From an uncultured Pelosinus sp. (GTDB lineage: Bacteria > Bacillota > Negativicutes > DSM-13327), in contig CAMKSY010000001.1 in the NCBI GenBank assembly GCA_946415545.1, positions 1-52,092 of the forward strand: DNA of 52,092 bases. The letters run 5' to 3'. The translations under genes and the position numbers were made by a program. How positions within the stretch are numbered: position 1 is the first letter of the stretch; every line of letters begins with the position of its first letter. The notes beneath the pieces were generated by a model, which was not told the DNA's origin, did not search any database, and was given only the letters and a program-made list of their open reading frames with translations. This document shows positions 38,150 through 47,822 of this stretch, piece after piece.

Positions 38150-40273
38150 ATGCTGAGATATTTATTGAGAATTCTACTTCGCTTACTCTTTAAAGCAAAA
38201 GTAATCGGCTTTAAGGAAATGCGCTTTGACGGTCCTACAATTGTATTACCCAATCATGTATCCTTTTTAGATGCAGTCTTCTTATATGCCTATTTGCCCA
38301 GCACCATTTGCTATGTAATTAATACAGATATTGCAGAGAAACTACGATTCTATCTTAAATTTATTAATCATATTAAAATTGATCCTTTAAATCCTTATTC
38401 GTTAAAAAAAATTCTGGCCGTCTTAAAAGCAGGGAAGCCTTTAGTCATCTTCCCTGAAGGACGTATTACCCGTACAGGAAGTCTAATGAAGATTTATAGC
38501 GGCATCGGATTTATCGCTTTTCGGACCAATGCAGCAATTTATCCCGTGATCTTCTCGGGCTTAGAGTATTCAAAATTCTCACGAATTCAAGATAAAGTAC
38601 GCTCAAAATGGTTCCCGGAGGTAATGATGTATGCTGACAAAGTCTTTCATCTGGAATCCGGCACAAGCAAAAGTATACGACTTCAAAAACGAGAAATTGG
38701 CGACAAAATTCGTACGATTTTAGAAAATACGATGTTTAAAGCTAAAGAATATTCACCGATTGAAATCAATTTATTTAATGAATTACTGCAAGCGGGTAAT
38801 ACTCATGGCATGAGCAAGATGATGGCGGAGGATAGCAGCGGAAAGATTACCTATCGTAAAGCGATTATCAGCAGCTATACCTTGGCAAGTGCATTTCGTA
38901 CAGCTCTTGCATCAGACGAAAGAATTGGAGTCTTATTACCCAATTCGATCGGTCATGTCGTTACGCTGTTTGCCTTATGTTACGTAAATAAAACACCTGC
39001 GATTCTAAACTTTAGCGCAGGTATACAAAACAATTTAGACTGTGGAGAAACAGCAGGAATCAAAACCATACTCACCTCTCGCACCTTTGTGGAAAAAGCT
39101 AATTTTCAATCCTACGTCAACCAATTGTCTGCTAAATTTACGATCCTTTATCTTGAGGATTTGAGTAGTACCCTCTCGGCTACTGATAAGCTCTCCGGCT
39201 TATTTAACTACTTCGTAAGAAAAAAAGCATCTCCCATTGGCAATCGAGAAATCATACTCTTTACCAGCGGCAGCGAAAGCAAGCCGAAAGGAGTTGTATT
39301 GGCCCATTCCAGTATCCGGGCTAATATTCATCAAATTTCCTGTGTAATCGATTATACTCATCGAGATAAAATGTTAAATGCTCTGCCCATGTTTCACTCG
39401 TTTGGCCTGACGGCAGGAACACTGCTACCCATTATGGAAGGCATGGAAGTATTCTTGTATCCCAGTCCCCTCCACTATAAAATCATTCCTGAAATTGCCT
39501 ATGACCGAAATGTTACTATCTTGTTAGGAACGCCGACCTTTCTGATGGGATATGGAAGATATGCTCATAACTATGACTTTTATAATGTGCGCTTTGTTTT
39601 GGCTGGCGGTGAAAAATTAAAGGATGATGTGCGCAATCTGTGGAATGAGAAGTTTGGTATACGTATTTTTGAAGGCTACGGAACTACAGAGATGTCCCCA
39701 GTACTTAGTTTAAACACTCCTATGTTTAATCGTCACGGAACTGTTGGCAAAATGCTTCCAAGTATTGAATGGAAATTAGAAGCCGTCGAAGGCATTGAAG
39801 AAGGTGGAAATCTCCTGGTAAAAGGAGCGAATGCCATGAAGGGTTACCTATTGCACGGAAAGGGCTTTGTACCTTCAGAAGAATGGTATAATTGCGGCGA
39901 TATTGTTGCCATTGATAAAGAAGGTTTTGTAACCATAAAATCACGCTTAAAGCGCTTCGCGAAAATTTCCGGTGAGATGATCAGCTTAGATGCCGTTGAA
40001 AAAGCTGCCGAAAGCTGCTTTGCTACTGATAAAAATGCAGCAATCAATATTTCAGATACAAGAAAAGGTGAAAAAATCATTTTGTACACACTTCATAAAG
40101 ACGCCACTAAGCAGCAGCTGCGAGAATATATCAGCCAGAGCGGACAAAGCATGCTCGTTATGCCATCCGCATTGCGAGTCATCGATACCTTACCCTTGCT
40201 GGGGAGCGGCAAGATTGACTATGTTGCCTTAAAAGAAATGGCCGCAAAGGAGCTGGAAAACGGTGCGTCTTAA
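38150..40273 (+). CDS. aas: Bifunctional 2-acyl-GPE acyltransferase / acyl-ACP synthetase
   Basis: PlsC domain (PNHVSFLD, FPEGR) fused to an AMP-binding domain (FTSGSESKPKGV, EGYGTTE, GSGKIDY); overlaps lplT. Confidence 0.9.
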   Translation: MLRYLLRILLRLLFKAKVIGFKEMRFDGPTIVLPNHVSFLDAVFLYAYLPSTICYVINTDIAEKLRFYLKFINHIKIDPLNPYSLKKILAVLKAGKPLVIFPEGRITRTGSLMKIYSGIGFIAFRTNAAIYPVIFSGLEYSKFSRIQDKVRSKWFPEVMMYADKVFHLESGTSKSIRLQKREIGDKIRTILENTMFKAKEYSPIEINLFNELLQAGNTHGMSKMMAEDSSGKITYRKAIISSYTLASAFRTALASDERIGVLLPNSIGHVVTLFALCYVNKTPAILNFSAGIQNNLDCGETAGIKTILTSRTFVEKANFQSYVNQLSAKFTILYLEDLSSTLSATDKLSGLFNYFVRKKASPIGNREIILFTSGSESKPKGVVLAHSSIRANIHQISCVIDYTHRDKMLNALPMFHSFGLTAGTLLPIMEGMEVFLYPSPLHYKIIPEIAYDRNVTILLGTPTFLMGYGRYAHNYDFYNVRFVLAGGEKLKDDVRNLWNEKFGIRIFEGYGTTEMSPVLSLNTPMFNRHGTVGKMLPSIEWKLEAVEGIEEGGNLLVKGANAMKGYLLHGKGFVPSEEWYNCGDIVAIDKEGFVTIKSRLKRFAKISGEMISLDAVEKAAESCFATDKNAAINISDTRKGEKIILYTLHKDATKQQLREYISQSGQSMLVMPSALRVIDTLPLLGSGKIDYVALKEMAAKELENGAS

Positions 40274-41438
40274 GCTTTCGCCCCTCAATGCCTTATTCTT
40301 AGCTCAATTTATATCTGCCTTTGTTGATAATATGATCTTATTCATTGCCTTGGGGATTATCCATAGAGACGGCTATCCTGCCTATTATCTGCCTCTTGTA
40401 CAAAGCACTTTTTTACTATCTTATATTGTTTTATCCCCCTGGGTTGGCAGGTTTGCAGATAAGAAAGCAAAATCTCAAGTACTAATGGTGGGCAATGTCA
40501 TAAAAACCTTGGGAATACTCCTTCTTCTTGCCAAATGCGATCCCGCATTGAGCTACGGTGTGGTAGGTATTGGTGCTGTCATTTATAGTCCCGCAAAGTA
40601 TGGTATCCTGCCCTTTCTGGCAAGAGGAGAAGATGCCCTCCTGCGGGCAAACTCCAGTTTAGAAAGCTATACCATAGTAGCTATTCTTACAGGTTCTGTA
40701 GCAGGAGGATATTTATCCGATATCTCCATTACGCTGTCATTGATAGCCTGTATTATGCTTTATCTATTATCCATTAGCGTAAATACACTTATACCAAAAG
40801 ATCCCGGCAACAGAAGCATTCAATATCAAAATGCGATTACCGAATTTGCTGGCGATGCAATCGTTCTGTTTCGCGATAAACAAAGCCATTTTTCTCTGAT
40901 CGGAACCGGTTCCTTCTGGATGGCATCAGCAGTCTTACGAATGATTATCTTTGCATGGGTGCCCCTTACCCTTGGCATTCGCAGCGGAATAGAGATCAGT
41001 ATGATTATTGCCGTTACCGGCATTGGCATAGCCATAGGAGCTGTAATCACTCCTTATCTCATTACCGTAAAAGAGTATCAGCGCACTGCATGGTATGGCT
41101 TGGGTATGGGACTGTGCATTCTAGCATTCTTATGGGTTACAACCTTACCTATCGCCATTACCTTCTTACTCTTAATCGGTTGTATGGGAGGTATCTTTAT
41201 CGTTCCTATGAATGCATGTCTGCAGCATGTCGGTCATCAAACCATTGGGGCAGGCAAGACCATTGCCATCCAAAATTTTATAGAAAATAGTTTTATGTTT
41301 CTCGGGGTTGGGGCCTATACTCTTGCTTTAAAATTAGGCATATCCATTCATACTTCACTGGCTGCTGCCGGCATTGTCTTATTAGCTTTTGTTGCCTACT
41401 TGATTGTTCTAACCCATAAAGAAGTTGACACTGACTAA
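40263..41438 (+). CDS. lplT: Lysophospholipid transporter (MFS)
   Basis: AQFISAFVDN, YSPAKYGIL, VPMNA.LQH.G and IAIQNF.EN motifs; aas-lplT gene order. Confidence 0.9.
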   Translation: MRLKLSPLNALFLAQFISAFVDNMILFIALGIIHRDGYPAYYLPLVQSTFLLSYIVLSPWVGRFADKKAKSQVLMVGNVIKTLGILLLLAKCDPALSYGVVGIGAVIYSPAKYGILPFLARGEDALLRANSSLESYTIVAILTGSVAGGYLSDISITLSLIACIMLYLLSISVNTLIPKDPGNRSIQYQNAITEFAGDAIVLFRDKQSHFSLIGTGSFWMASAVLRMIIFAWVPLTLGIRSGIEISMIIAVTGIGIAIGAVITPYLITVKEYQRTAWYGLGMGLCILAFLWVTTLPIAITFLLLIGCMGGIFIVPMNACLQHVGHQTIGAGKTIAIQNFIENSFMFLGVGAYTLALKLGISIHTSLAAAGIVLLAFVAYLIVLTHKEVDTD

Positions 41439-41481
41439 AAAGCAGCCCTTCGGCGTACTAGATACGCCAAAGGGCTGCTTT
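41439..41481 (+). terminator. Terminator after lplT
   Basis: AAAGCAGCCCTT.GGCGTA...TACGCC.AAGGGCTGCTTT. Confidence 0.75.
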
Positions 41482-41597
41482 AACTATTACAGGAGAAAAA
41501 CGACTATTACGCAATTTAAAATTATTCTTGGGCATACTAACCTGTGCAACAGTTAAATTCCCCTTTATTTCATTAAATTCTAACACAGGAGATCTCT

Positions 41598-42170
41598 ATG
41601 ATGAAAGATAAATCAACCTTACTGAAAGTAAGCATACTGTTCTTAGCCATTCAGCTCGTACTCATTTTTCAATTACATAATCTAGGCCAGCCCAGCTATG
41701 CACGAAGCGTTATGGCAACCACATCAATTTGGATGTTGTATACCTTTCTAGAGGCTAGATACGGTTTCTATATGAACACCTATGTAAGAGGTATTGTCAT
41801 TCTCTCCCTACTGTGCGATAGTTTTTTTGGCAGTTATTTAGATTTTTATCAAGCTTCCTTCACTTTCGATAAAGTACTGCATATATTTGGCTCCTATTCC
41901 ATCTCCTTATTTGCCTATATCTTAGCGATTCAATTACTCGACCATCCCCTAAGCAGTTCATTTAAATTCTTCTTTATTCTGTCTTTGGGACTTAGTCTTG
42001 GAGCTTTTTATGAGATTTTAGAATTTCTTACCGATACCTTTTCACATCCAACCCCCGTTAGCCAGCCCAGTCTGCTGGATACGGATCTAGATTTGATCAG
42101 TGATTTAATCGGAGCAATGATCGCTGCCATCCATGGAACCTATCGAACCTTTATGAATCATAACTTTTAG
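41598..42170 (+). CDS. Integral membrane protein (DUF2238-like, putative metal-binding)
   Basis: FDKVLH, YEILEF..D and DT..DL.SD..GA motifs; multiple TMs. Confidence 0.7.
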   Translation: MMKDKSTLLKVSILFLAIQLVLIFQLHNLGQPSYARSVMATTSIWMLYTFLEARYGFYMNTYVRGIVILSLLCDSFFGSYLDFYQASFTFDKVLHIFGSYSISLFAYILAIQLLDHPLSSSFKFFFILSLGLSLGAFYEILEFLTDTFSHPTPVSQPSLLDTDLDLISDLIGAMIAAIHGTYRTFMNHNF

Positions 42171-43318
42171 GATGATCTAAATAGCAGTTTATGCAGCCAA
42201 TGTCTTTTTATCGTAACCGCTTTCTCAGGGCATAACTCGTGACAGCAAAAACAACTTATACATTGATTGAGGTCTAATGTAGGCTTCCCCGAACTCATAT
42301 CAATGATCTTGGCAGGACAGCCCCTAGCACACTCACCGCAGGAGATGCAGCGATCAAAGTTAAATACAGGCTGCGCCCGTAAGGCATTAATTAAGAACTC
42401 TTCAACAAATTGAGGAACCTTACCGCTTACTAGGCTTTTACCTAAAGAGCCAGGCAACTTAAAAGGAGCTATGTGTATATCTTCTAACTGCAGCCCCCTA
42501 ACCGACAGGTCTTTGATATCTCCACTGAAAAGACCTCTTTCTTTTGCAATTTTTACAGTCGGAACCTGCAAGGGCTGCATTCCCATGATATGAGCTCCTA
42601 CTGTATCTAATGCATAAGGATTCCGTGACGCCAAAAGCAATCCAACCTGTCTTTTTTCTCCTGCAGAAGGTCCGTCTCCTTCCATGCCTTCGATTGCGTC
42701 AATGATTGTAAAAACAGGTTTAATATACTCACATATATCAATGAGATGATGAGCAAAATTTTCCGCATTATTCATTTTAAAATGATATTCAGCTTTTATT
42801 AGTCCCGGAATAACGCCAAATAGATTTTTTACCCCTCCAGTATAAAGCATCATTCCATGTGTCTTAAATTTGGCTGCTGATACAATAAAATCAACCTCTT
42901 CTGCAATTTTTATGACTTGCATTTGCTTCAATTTCTGTGCTTTTTCATTGATGACAGTAACAGCCGATGTATCATAATTTAAATCACAGCCGGTAATTTC
43001 TGAGACTTTTGCCATCCCAGTAGATTTATAAATGTTGATTAATCGTTTTACATTATAAGGTCCGCCTGGGCTATCCCCTATAATGACACTACACCCTAGT
43101 TCTTGCAGATACCTGACGATCGCCTCGACAACTGCCGGATGAGTGGTCACCGCATCTTCGGGAGCATTTTTCTTTAACAAATTAACCTTAACTAAAACCC
43201 TGGCTTTGCTTTTTAGTCCACTTTTAAGTTCAGGAATTTGATCCAGGCAATCATAAACCGCTTTTTTTACTTCTTTCTGCCTGTAGCTTTTCGCTTGGGC
43301 AATGCTGACTATTTCCAT
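42167..43318 (-). CDS. DUF362-domain protein with C-terminal 2x[4Fe-4S] ferredoxin
   Basis: VLVKVNLL, VTTHP, KFKTH..TGGVKNLFG, MEGDGP; CISCGECARGCP and CISCFCCHELCP. Confidence 0.9.
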   Translation of the reverse strand: MEIVSIAQAKSYRQKEVKKAVYDCLDQIPELKSGLKSKARVLVKVNLLKKNAPEDAVTTHPAVVEAIVRYLQELGCSVIIGDSPGGPYNVKRLINIYKSTGMAKVSEITGCDLNYDTSAVTVINEKAQKLKQMQVIKIAEEVDFIVSAAKFKTHGMMLYTGGVKNLFGVIPGLIKAEYHFKMNNAENFAHHLIDICEYIKPVFTIIDAIEGMEGDGPSAGEKRQVGLLLASRNPYALDTVGAHIMGMQPLQVPTVKIAKERGLFSGDIKDLSVRGLQLEDIHIAPFKLPGSLGKSLVSGKVPQFVEEFLINALRAQPVFNFDRCISCGECARGCPAKIIDMSSGKPTLDLNQCISCFCCHELCPEKAVTIKRHWLHKLLFRSS

Positions 43319-43469
43319 TTTCTTCTCCAATTCATAATGTATATTATAATTCTTTCAAAATAGATTCCATTTCTTTGCAACGCTCTATTATCCATCCAAC
43401 TCTTACCTACTTCAGGTTTTACCTATTAAAATGCAACTAGATTATACATTTTTTAACAAATAAGATCAA

Positions 43470-43508
43470 TATTGATAGTAATATCCTATGAAGATATTAC
43501 TATCAATA
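43470..43508. repeat. 16-bp-arm perfect inverted repeat between divergent genes
   Basis: TATTGATAGTAATATC-N7-GATATTACTATCAATA. Confidence 0.7.
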
Positions 43509-43607
43509 CTTCTATCATACCATTTATTATATAATGACGAAGATTCAATGATATGGTAAAATATTTATTATGTAAACTAAGTAGTACGATAGAAAGGATT
43601 TGGGATT

Positions 43608-43811
43608 ATGCGTCCAGTATGCAAAATGCTGATGCTCCTGGCGGTTCCTGTAAGGGTAATGAAAGCTATTTATTCCAGGAATATTAGTGTTTGTCAGCAA
43701 CGAAACAGCATTGAGGTTAAATCGGATGAAGCCGTGAATACAATTCAAGTATCACAGATTTATAACGATGCTATCGATTTGAGAATTGAAACAACTATCT
43801 TGGACTCATAA
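43608..43811 (+). CDS. Small hypothetical protein (67 aa)
   Basis: AAAGGA RBS and a hairpin right after the stop; no recognisable motif. Confidence 0.45.
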   Translation: MRPVCKMLMLLAVPVRVMKAIYSRNISVCQQRNSIEVKSDEAVNTIQVSQIYNDAIDLRIETTILDS

Positions 43812-43816
43812 ATGGA

Positions 43817-43848
43817 GACAAGGAGTACTATCAACAGTACTCCTTGTC
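43817..43848. terminator. Terminator between convergent ORFs
   Basis: GACAAGGAGTACT...AGTACTCCTTGTC. Confidence 0.7.
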
Positions 43849-43852
43849 CTTT

Positions 43853-44443
43853 TCATTTCTGCACAATCGATTTGTCAATCAAAAGTATTTTCATCTCCGT
43901 AAAGAAGTCAACAGCCACACCAGCCATTACCTTATATCCAGCTGCATTTGGATGTATACCGTCAGAATGCAGCTCTTCTTTTATCCTGCCGCTGCCCTCA
44001 TCTACCATTGCTCCATAAAAATCAATGATTCCAATAGTATTCGCCTCAGCATATTGACGTATTTGCTCTCGATACTGTCCAAGCAGGCTTTCTGCATCCA
44101 CATCATTGCAAGGAACGGGCAGACCAAAGATTGGAGTTATCGTATTATCTACCGCCAGCTCTGCCATGGTTTGAAGATTGTTTATCACTTCGTCAACAGC
44201 TATCCCAGCATAAGCATCATTCGTACCGCCCATAATGATAACATGGGACAGCTTTTGACGTAAAACATCTTTATAGAAGCGCTCCAGCATGCCATCAGTA
44301 GTATCACCATTTACTCCTTTATTAACATGCTCGATATTTAGCTGTTTCGCCGCTAAGTTAAACCAAGAACCTTCTGATGTATAAGGGAAACCATAGGTTA
44401 TGGAGTCACCAATGGCAACGATTTTACTCTCTATATGTTCCAT
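43853..44443 (-). CDS. SGNH/GDSL hydrolase
   Basis: GDSIT, KGVNGDT, GGTND and DGIHPN blocks. Confidence 0.93.
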   Translation of the reverse strand: MEHIESKIVAIGDSITYGFPYTSEGSWFNLAAKQLNIEHVNKGVNGDTTDGMLERFYKDVLRQKLSHVIIMGGTNDAYAGIAVDEVINNLQTMAELAVDNTITPIFGLPVPCNDVDAESLLGQYREQIRQYAEANTIGIIDFYGAMVDEGSGRIKEELHSDGIHPNAAGYKVMAGVAVDFFTEMKILLIDKSIVQK

Positions 44444-44570
44444 GTGATTTCATCCCATCCTATCTATGTTCGTTCATACTACTATATTTAACGAAACAAG
44501 ATAATGTTCCTCTTTATCCGGCTAAGTAATTCACTATTTCTCACCACTCCGCCCAGTCTCTTAAAGATCT

Positions 44571-44870
44571 TTACAACAGTGTCGGCACAATACGATAAAC
44601 AATATCATGGATTACATCATCATCATTACTTACAGCAACCCAATCCGCAATCTTTTTTACCTCTGCTTGGGCGTTGGCGGGTGCAACTCCACAATCAGCA
44701 CGCTGCAGCATTTCAATATCATTTTCAAAGTCACCTACGGCAATCACTTTTTTTAAACGGTATGCTTCCATATTCAGCAATTCACCAAGCATATTTCCCT
44801 TCGAAACATGCTTACCGACAATCTCTAAATAAGTAACGGCAGAAAAAAACTGATTTGTTTTGTTTTCCAA
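44571..44870 (-). pseudogene. C-terminal fragment of a Cof-type HAD hydrolase
   Basis: YLEI....VSKG, VIAVGDFEND.EML and PANA...VK..AD motifs present. The N-terminal DxDGT motif and most of the cap are missing; no clear RBS. Confidence 0.75.
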
Positions 44871-45004
44871 ATGAAACGCAGGGACAGGGATTATGTTTCG
44901 CTATTGAAAACAACATCCCTGTGTTTCATTATTCAAAATATTAATTTTAGAAGCGAAAAGACCTACGATGTATGATTGACTCTGAGTCCATTCGCAGTAC
45001 TTTT

Positions 45005-46426
45005 CTATTTTATTTTCAATACACCCTCTTGCTGGCACCAAACCTGATGTAATAGCTTAACACCCTGATCAATATCATTGCTGTTCATACTACCAAATCC
45101 AAGCATGACTTGAGAGTTGGCAGCACTATGATGCAGATACGTACTGGAGAGAGGGAACAGTCTCACCTCTCTTTCCTGCGCGCGATGAATCAGTTCCTCT
45201 TCACTAAGGGAATTGCCTATCAGCTCTAAAATAATATGAAGTCCCGCCCCCTGTCCAATAATATGAGCCTGAGAGGCGAAATGCTGCTGGATCGATTGAA
45301 TGAGTGCATCATGCTTCTTTTTATATACATTTCGCATTTTGCGCAAGTGCCGCTCCCAATATCCTTGTTCCATAAACTTATGGAGTGTTTTCTGGTCTAA
45401 TAAAGAAACGTTCGCAGCATAATCCCTAAACAGCTCACGATAAACATTAAGTAATTGATAAGGCAATACCATATAACTGACCCTAAGAGCAGGCGATAAT
45501 ACCTTAGAAAACGTACCTACATAAACGATATTTCCTTGAGGATGCAATCCCTGCAGGGCAGGAATCGGTTTCCCCAGGTATCGCAGCTCACTGTCATAGT
45601 CGTCTTCAATAATAACGCCTCCGATCGTTTCTGCCCAATCAATTAATCGCAGTCGATTTGCCACAGGCATAACATGCCCTAAAGGAAACTGATGAGAAGG
45701 TGTGACATACACAATGGTACTATCGGTCTTTTGCAAATGCCCTATATCAAGACCATTGGAATTGACTGGTATCGGGGTAAGAGAAAAGGAATGATTCCGA
45801 AAAACAGCTTTTGGAATAAAGTGTCCAGGATCTTCCATGGCAAAAGTATAATGACGTCTCCTCAATATGGGTGCGAGAATCGAAAGACTGTCTTGAAGCC
45901 CCGAGCAAACGAGGATTTGCTCGGGATCACAAAAAATCCCCCGAGATCGAGACAAATACCGCTGTATCTCATAGCGCAATGCGAAATCCCCCTGCTGATT
46001 GCTATAAAAAGCAAGCTGCCTCGACTCTTCCTTTAAGGACTCCATATACAATTTTCGCCATAGATTGACAGGAAAGCTTTCTGGTGAAAGACACGCAGGA
46101 TGAAAATCAAAAGAATATGTCTTTTGATCTTTAGAGGCTTCTCGAACGGATGCACCGCTATTGCCCAAAGGGGCTGGAAAGACGTCTGGTTCTATATAGG
46201 AAACATAATACCCACTTCTAGGCTTACTGTGTATATACCCTTCAGCACATAACTGCTGATAGGCATATTCTACTGTATTGCGGCTTACAGATAATTCGAT
46301 AGACAAATTCTTAACCGATAGAAGCTTCGCAGCAGGGAGCAAATCCCCTGATATAATTTGCTTTTTTATATGATTGTAAATTTTTTTGTGCAACGGCTGG
46401 GAGTCCTTATTGTCCAATATAAACAC
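45005..46426 (-). CDS. MocR/GabR-family (GntR HTH plus PLP aminotransferase-like) regulator, PdxR-like
   Basis: LSVSRNTVEYAYQQL..EGY, YVTPSHQFPLG, IIEDDYDSE and GTFSK motifs. Confidence 0.93.
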   Translation of the reverse strand: MFILDNKDSQPLHKKIYNHIKKQIISGDLLPAAKLLSVKNLSIELSVSRNTVEYAYQQLCAEGYIHSKPRSGYYVSYIEPDVFPAPLGNSGASVREASKDQKTYSFDFHPACLSPESFPVNLWRKLYMESLKEESRQLAFYSNQQGDFALRYEIQRYLSRSRGIFCDPEQILVCSGLQDSLSILAPILRRRHYTFAMEDPGHFIPKAVFRNHSFSLTPIPVNSNGLDIGHLQKTDSTIVYVTPSHQFPLGHVMPVANRLRLIDWAETIGGVIIEDDYDSELRYLGKPIPALQGLHPQGNIVYVGTFSKVLSPALRVSYMVLPYQLLNVYRELFRDYAANVSLLDQKTLHKFMEQGYWERHLRKMRNVYKKKHDALIQSIQQHFASQAHIIGQGAGLHIILELIGNSLSEEELIHRAQEREVRLFPLSSTYLHHSAANSQVMLGFGSMNSNDIDQGVKLLHQVWCQQEGVLKIK

Positions 46427-46529
46427 GGCTTCTCACCCTAATTCCTTTATTTTCAAGGTCTTGTAACTATCGCCATTATATCCAGGGTGATCTAGAGTGT
46501 CAAGGCGCTGAGATCATTTCCCCAGGTAG

Positions 46530-46579
46530 AACTGACCCCCTATTTTATTTGATAATTGCCCCTGTAATTAGGGGTAGTT
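46530..46579. promoter_or_regulatory. MocR-type operator: two direct repeats plus one inverted repeat
   Basis: AACTGACCCC / AATTGCCCCT / AGGGGTAGTT between the divergent regulator and its target. Confidence 0.6.
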
Positions 46580-46674
46580 TTATTTTATACTATGAATATT
46601 GAAACCAGGGCACAATAATGCGATAACCTTAACCGCTGACAAACTTCTTACTTTAAACAGAAAGGATGAATTTT

Positions 46675-47052
46675 ATGCTTAACGAAAAATTATTGGACGT
46701 ACTTTCCCACCCCGCAGATGGAGCAATCTCAATTGTTACCAATGGCAACGATGGTCCTCATCTAGTGAATACCTGGAATAGCTATATAACAGTTACACCA
46801 GATGATAAACTATTGATTCCCGCTTCCGGTTTTGTTAAAACAGAGAGAAACCTTAGCGCTCATAACGATGTGACTCTTTCTATCGCCAGCAGGGAAATCG
46901 AAGGTTATAGAGGAAAAGGAACTGGTTTCATTGTGAAAGGAACCACCCGCTTTATAAAGTCCGGTGAGGATTTCGAATCCATGAAAGAAAAATTTTCATG
47001 GATTCGTGCAGTATTAGAAATCACAGTAATTTCTGTGAAACAAATGCTTTAA
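46675..47052 (+). CDS. FMN-binding split-barrel protein (pyridoxamine 5'-phosphate oxidase-like)
   Basis: SIVT...PHLVNTWNSY, KTERNL, G.GTGF...GT.RF and WIRAVLEIT motifs. Confidence 0.85.
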   Translation: MLNEKLLDVLSHPADGAISIVTNGNDGPHLVNTWNSYITVTPDDKLLIPASGFVKTERNLSAHNDVTLSIASREIEGYRGKGTGFIVKGTTRFIKSGEDFESMKEKFSWIRAVLEITVISVKQML

Positions 47053-47120
47053 TGATTAGAAACTTGATTCGCTCTGGTTATGTAAGGGAGTGACCGATAC
47101 TCTCGATATCGTCAATCGGT

Positions 47121-47170
47121 AAAAGAGCTGTTTCCTTGCGATTTTTAAGTCGTAAGAAAACAGCTCTTTT
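47121..47170 (+). terminator. Terminator after the FMN-binding protein gene
   Basis: AAAAGAGCTGTTT...AAACAGCTCTTTT. Confidence 0.7.
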
Positions 47171-47246
47171 TATTTTTCCTATTAACGTATATTTATCAAG
47201 AAACAGACCAACACTTTAGAAATAACATACTAGTAGGAGGATTTAC

Positions 47247-47780
47247 ATGAGTAATCAAACCTTGCTGTGGTCAAGTTTTATAATTTCTTGGCTATCAGTC
47301 ATTTTTCTAAAAAAAGAAGACCTTAAACGCTATATGCCTGTTGCATTATTCGGTGCGCTACTATCAACTATTATCATAGAGGCAGGTACGACTTTAAATT
47401 GGTGGTCTACTAAGGAAACAGTTTTCCCATTAATCAACATGCCGATATTTATTTATGGCTCATTCCTTGTTGGTATCCTTTGGATCTTTAAATTTAGTTA
47501 TAAACGCTTTTGGCTGTTTCTTGCCACAAATGCATGTATTGATCTTATTCTCATCATCCCATTAGATAATTGGTTTGTCAGACGGGGTATTTTAGAATTG
47601 AATAATATAACTCCCCTCCAAATGTTATTTTTGTCAATTGTACATGCCACTCTTTTGTATAGCTATCAGCTTTGGCAGGAAGGTGAAGCGAGCCCGTTCA
47701 AAAGGTTGAATGTAAATTTATCATCTAATGTACAGTCTGCTGCCAGCAAACCTCTCAGAGATGATCACGACGAAGAGTAA
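47247..47780 (+). CDS. Membrane protein (CBO0543-like)
   Basis: KRYMPVALF...WW...P pattern with about five TMs; AGGAGG RBS. Family assignment is tentative. Confidence 0.6.
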   Translation: MSNQTLLWSSFIISWLSVIFLKKEDLKRYMPVALFGALLSTIIIEAGTTLNWWSTKETVFPLINMPIFIYGSFLVGILWIFKFSYKRFWLFLATNACIDLILIIPLDNWFVRRGILELNNITPLQMLFLSIVHATLLYSYQLWQEGEASPFKRLNVNLSSNVQSAASKPLRDDHDEE

Positions 47781-47822
47781 TTTTCACTTCACATATAAAG
47801 CACAACTATAATGTCATGTTCA

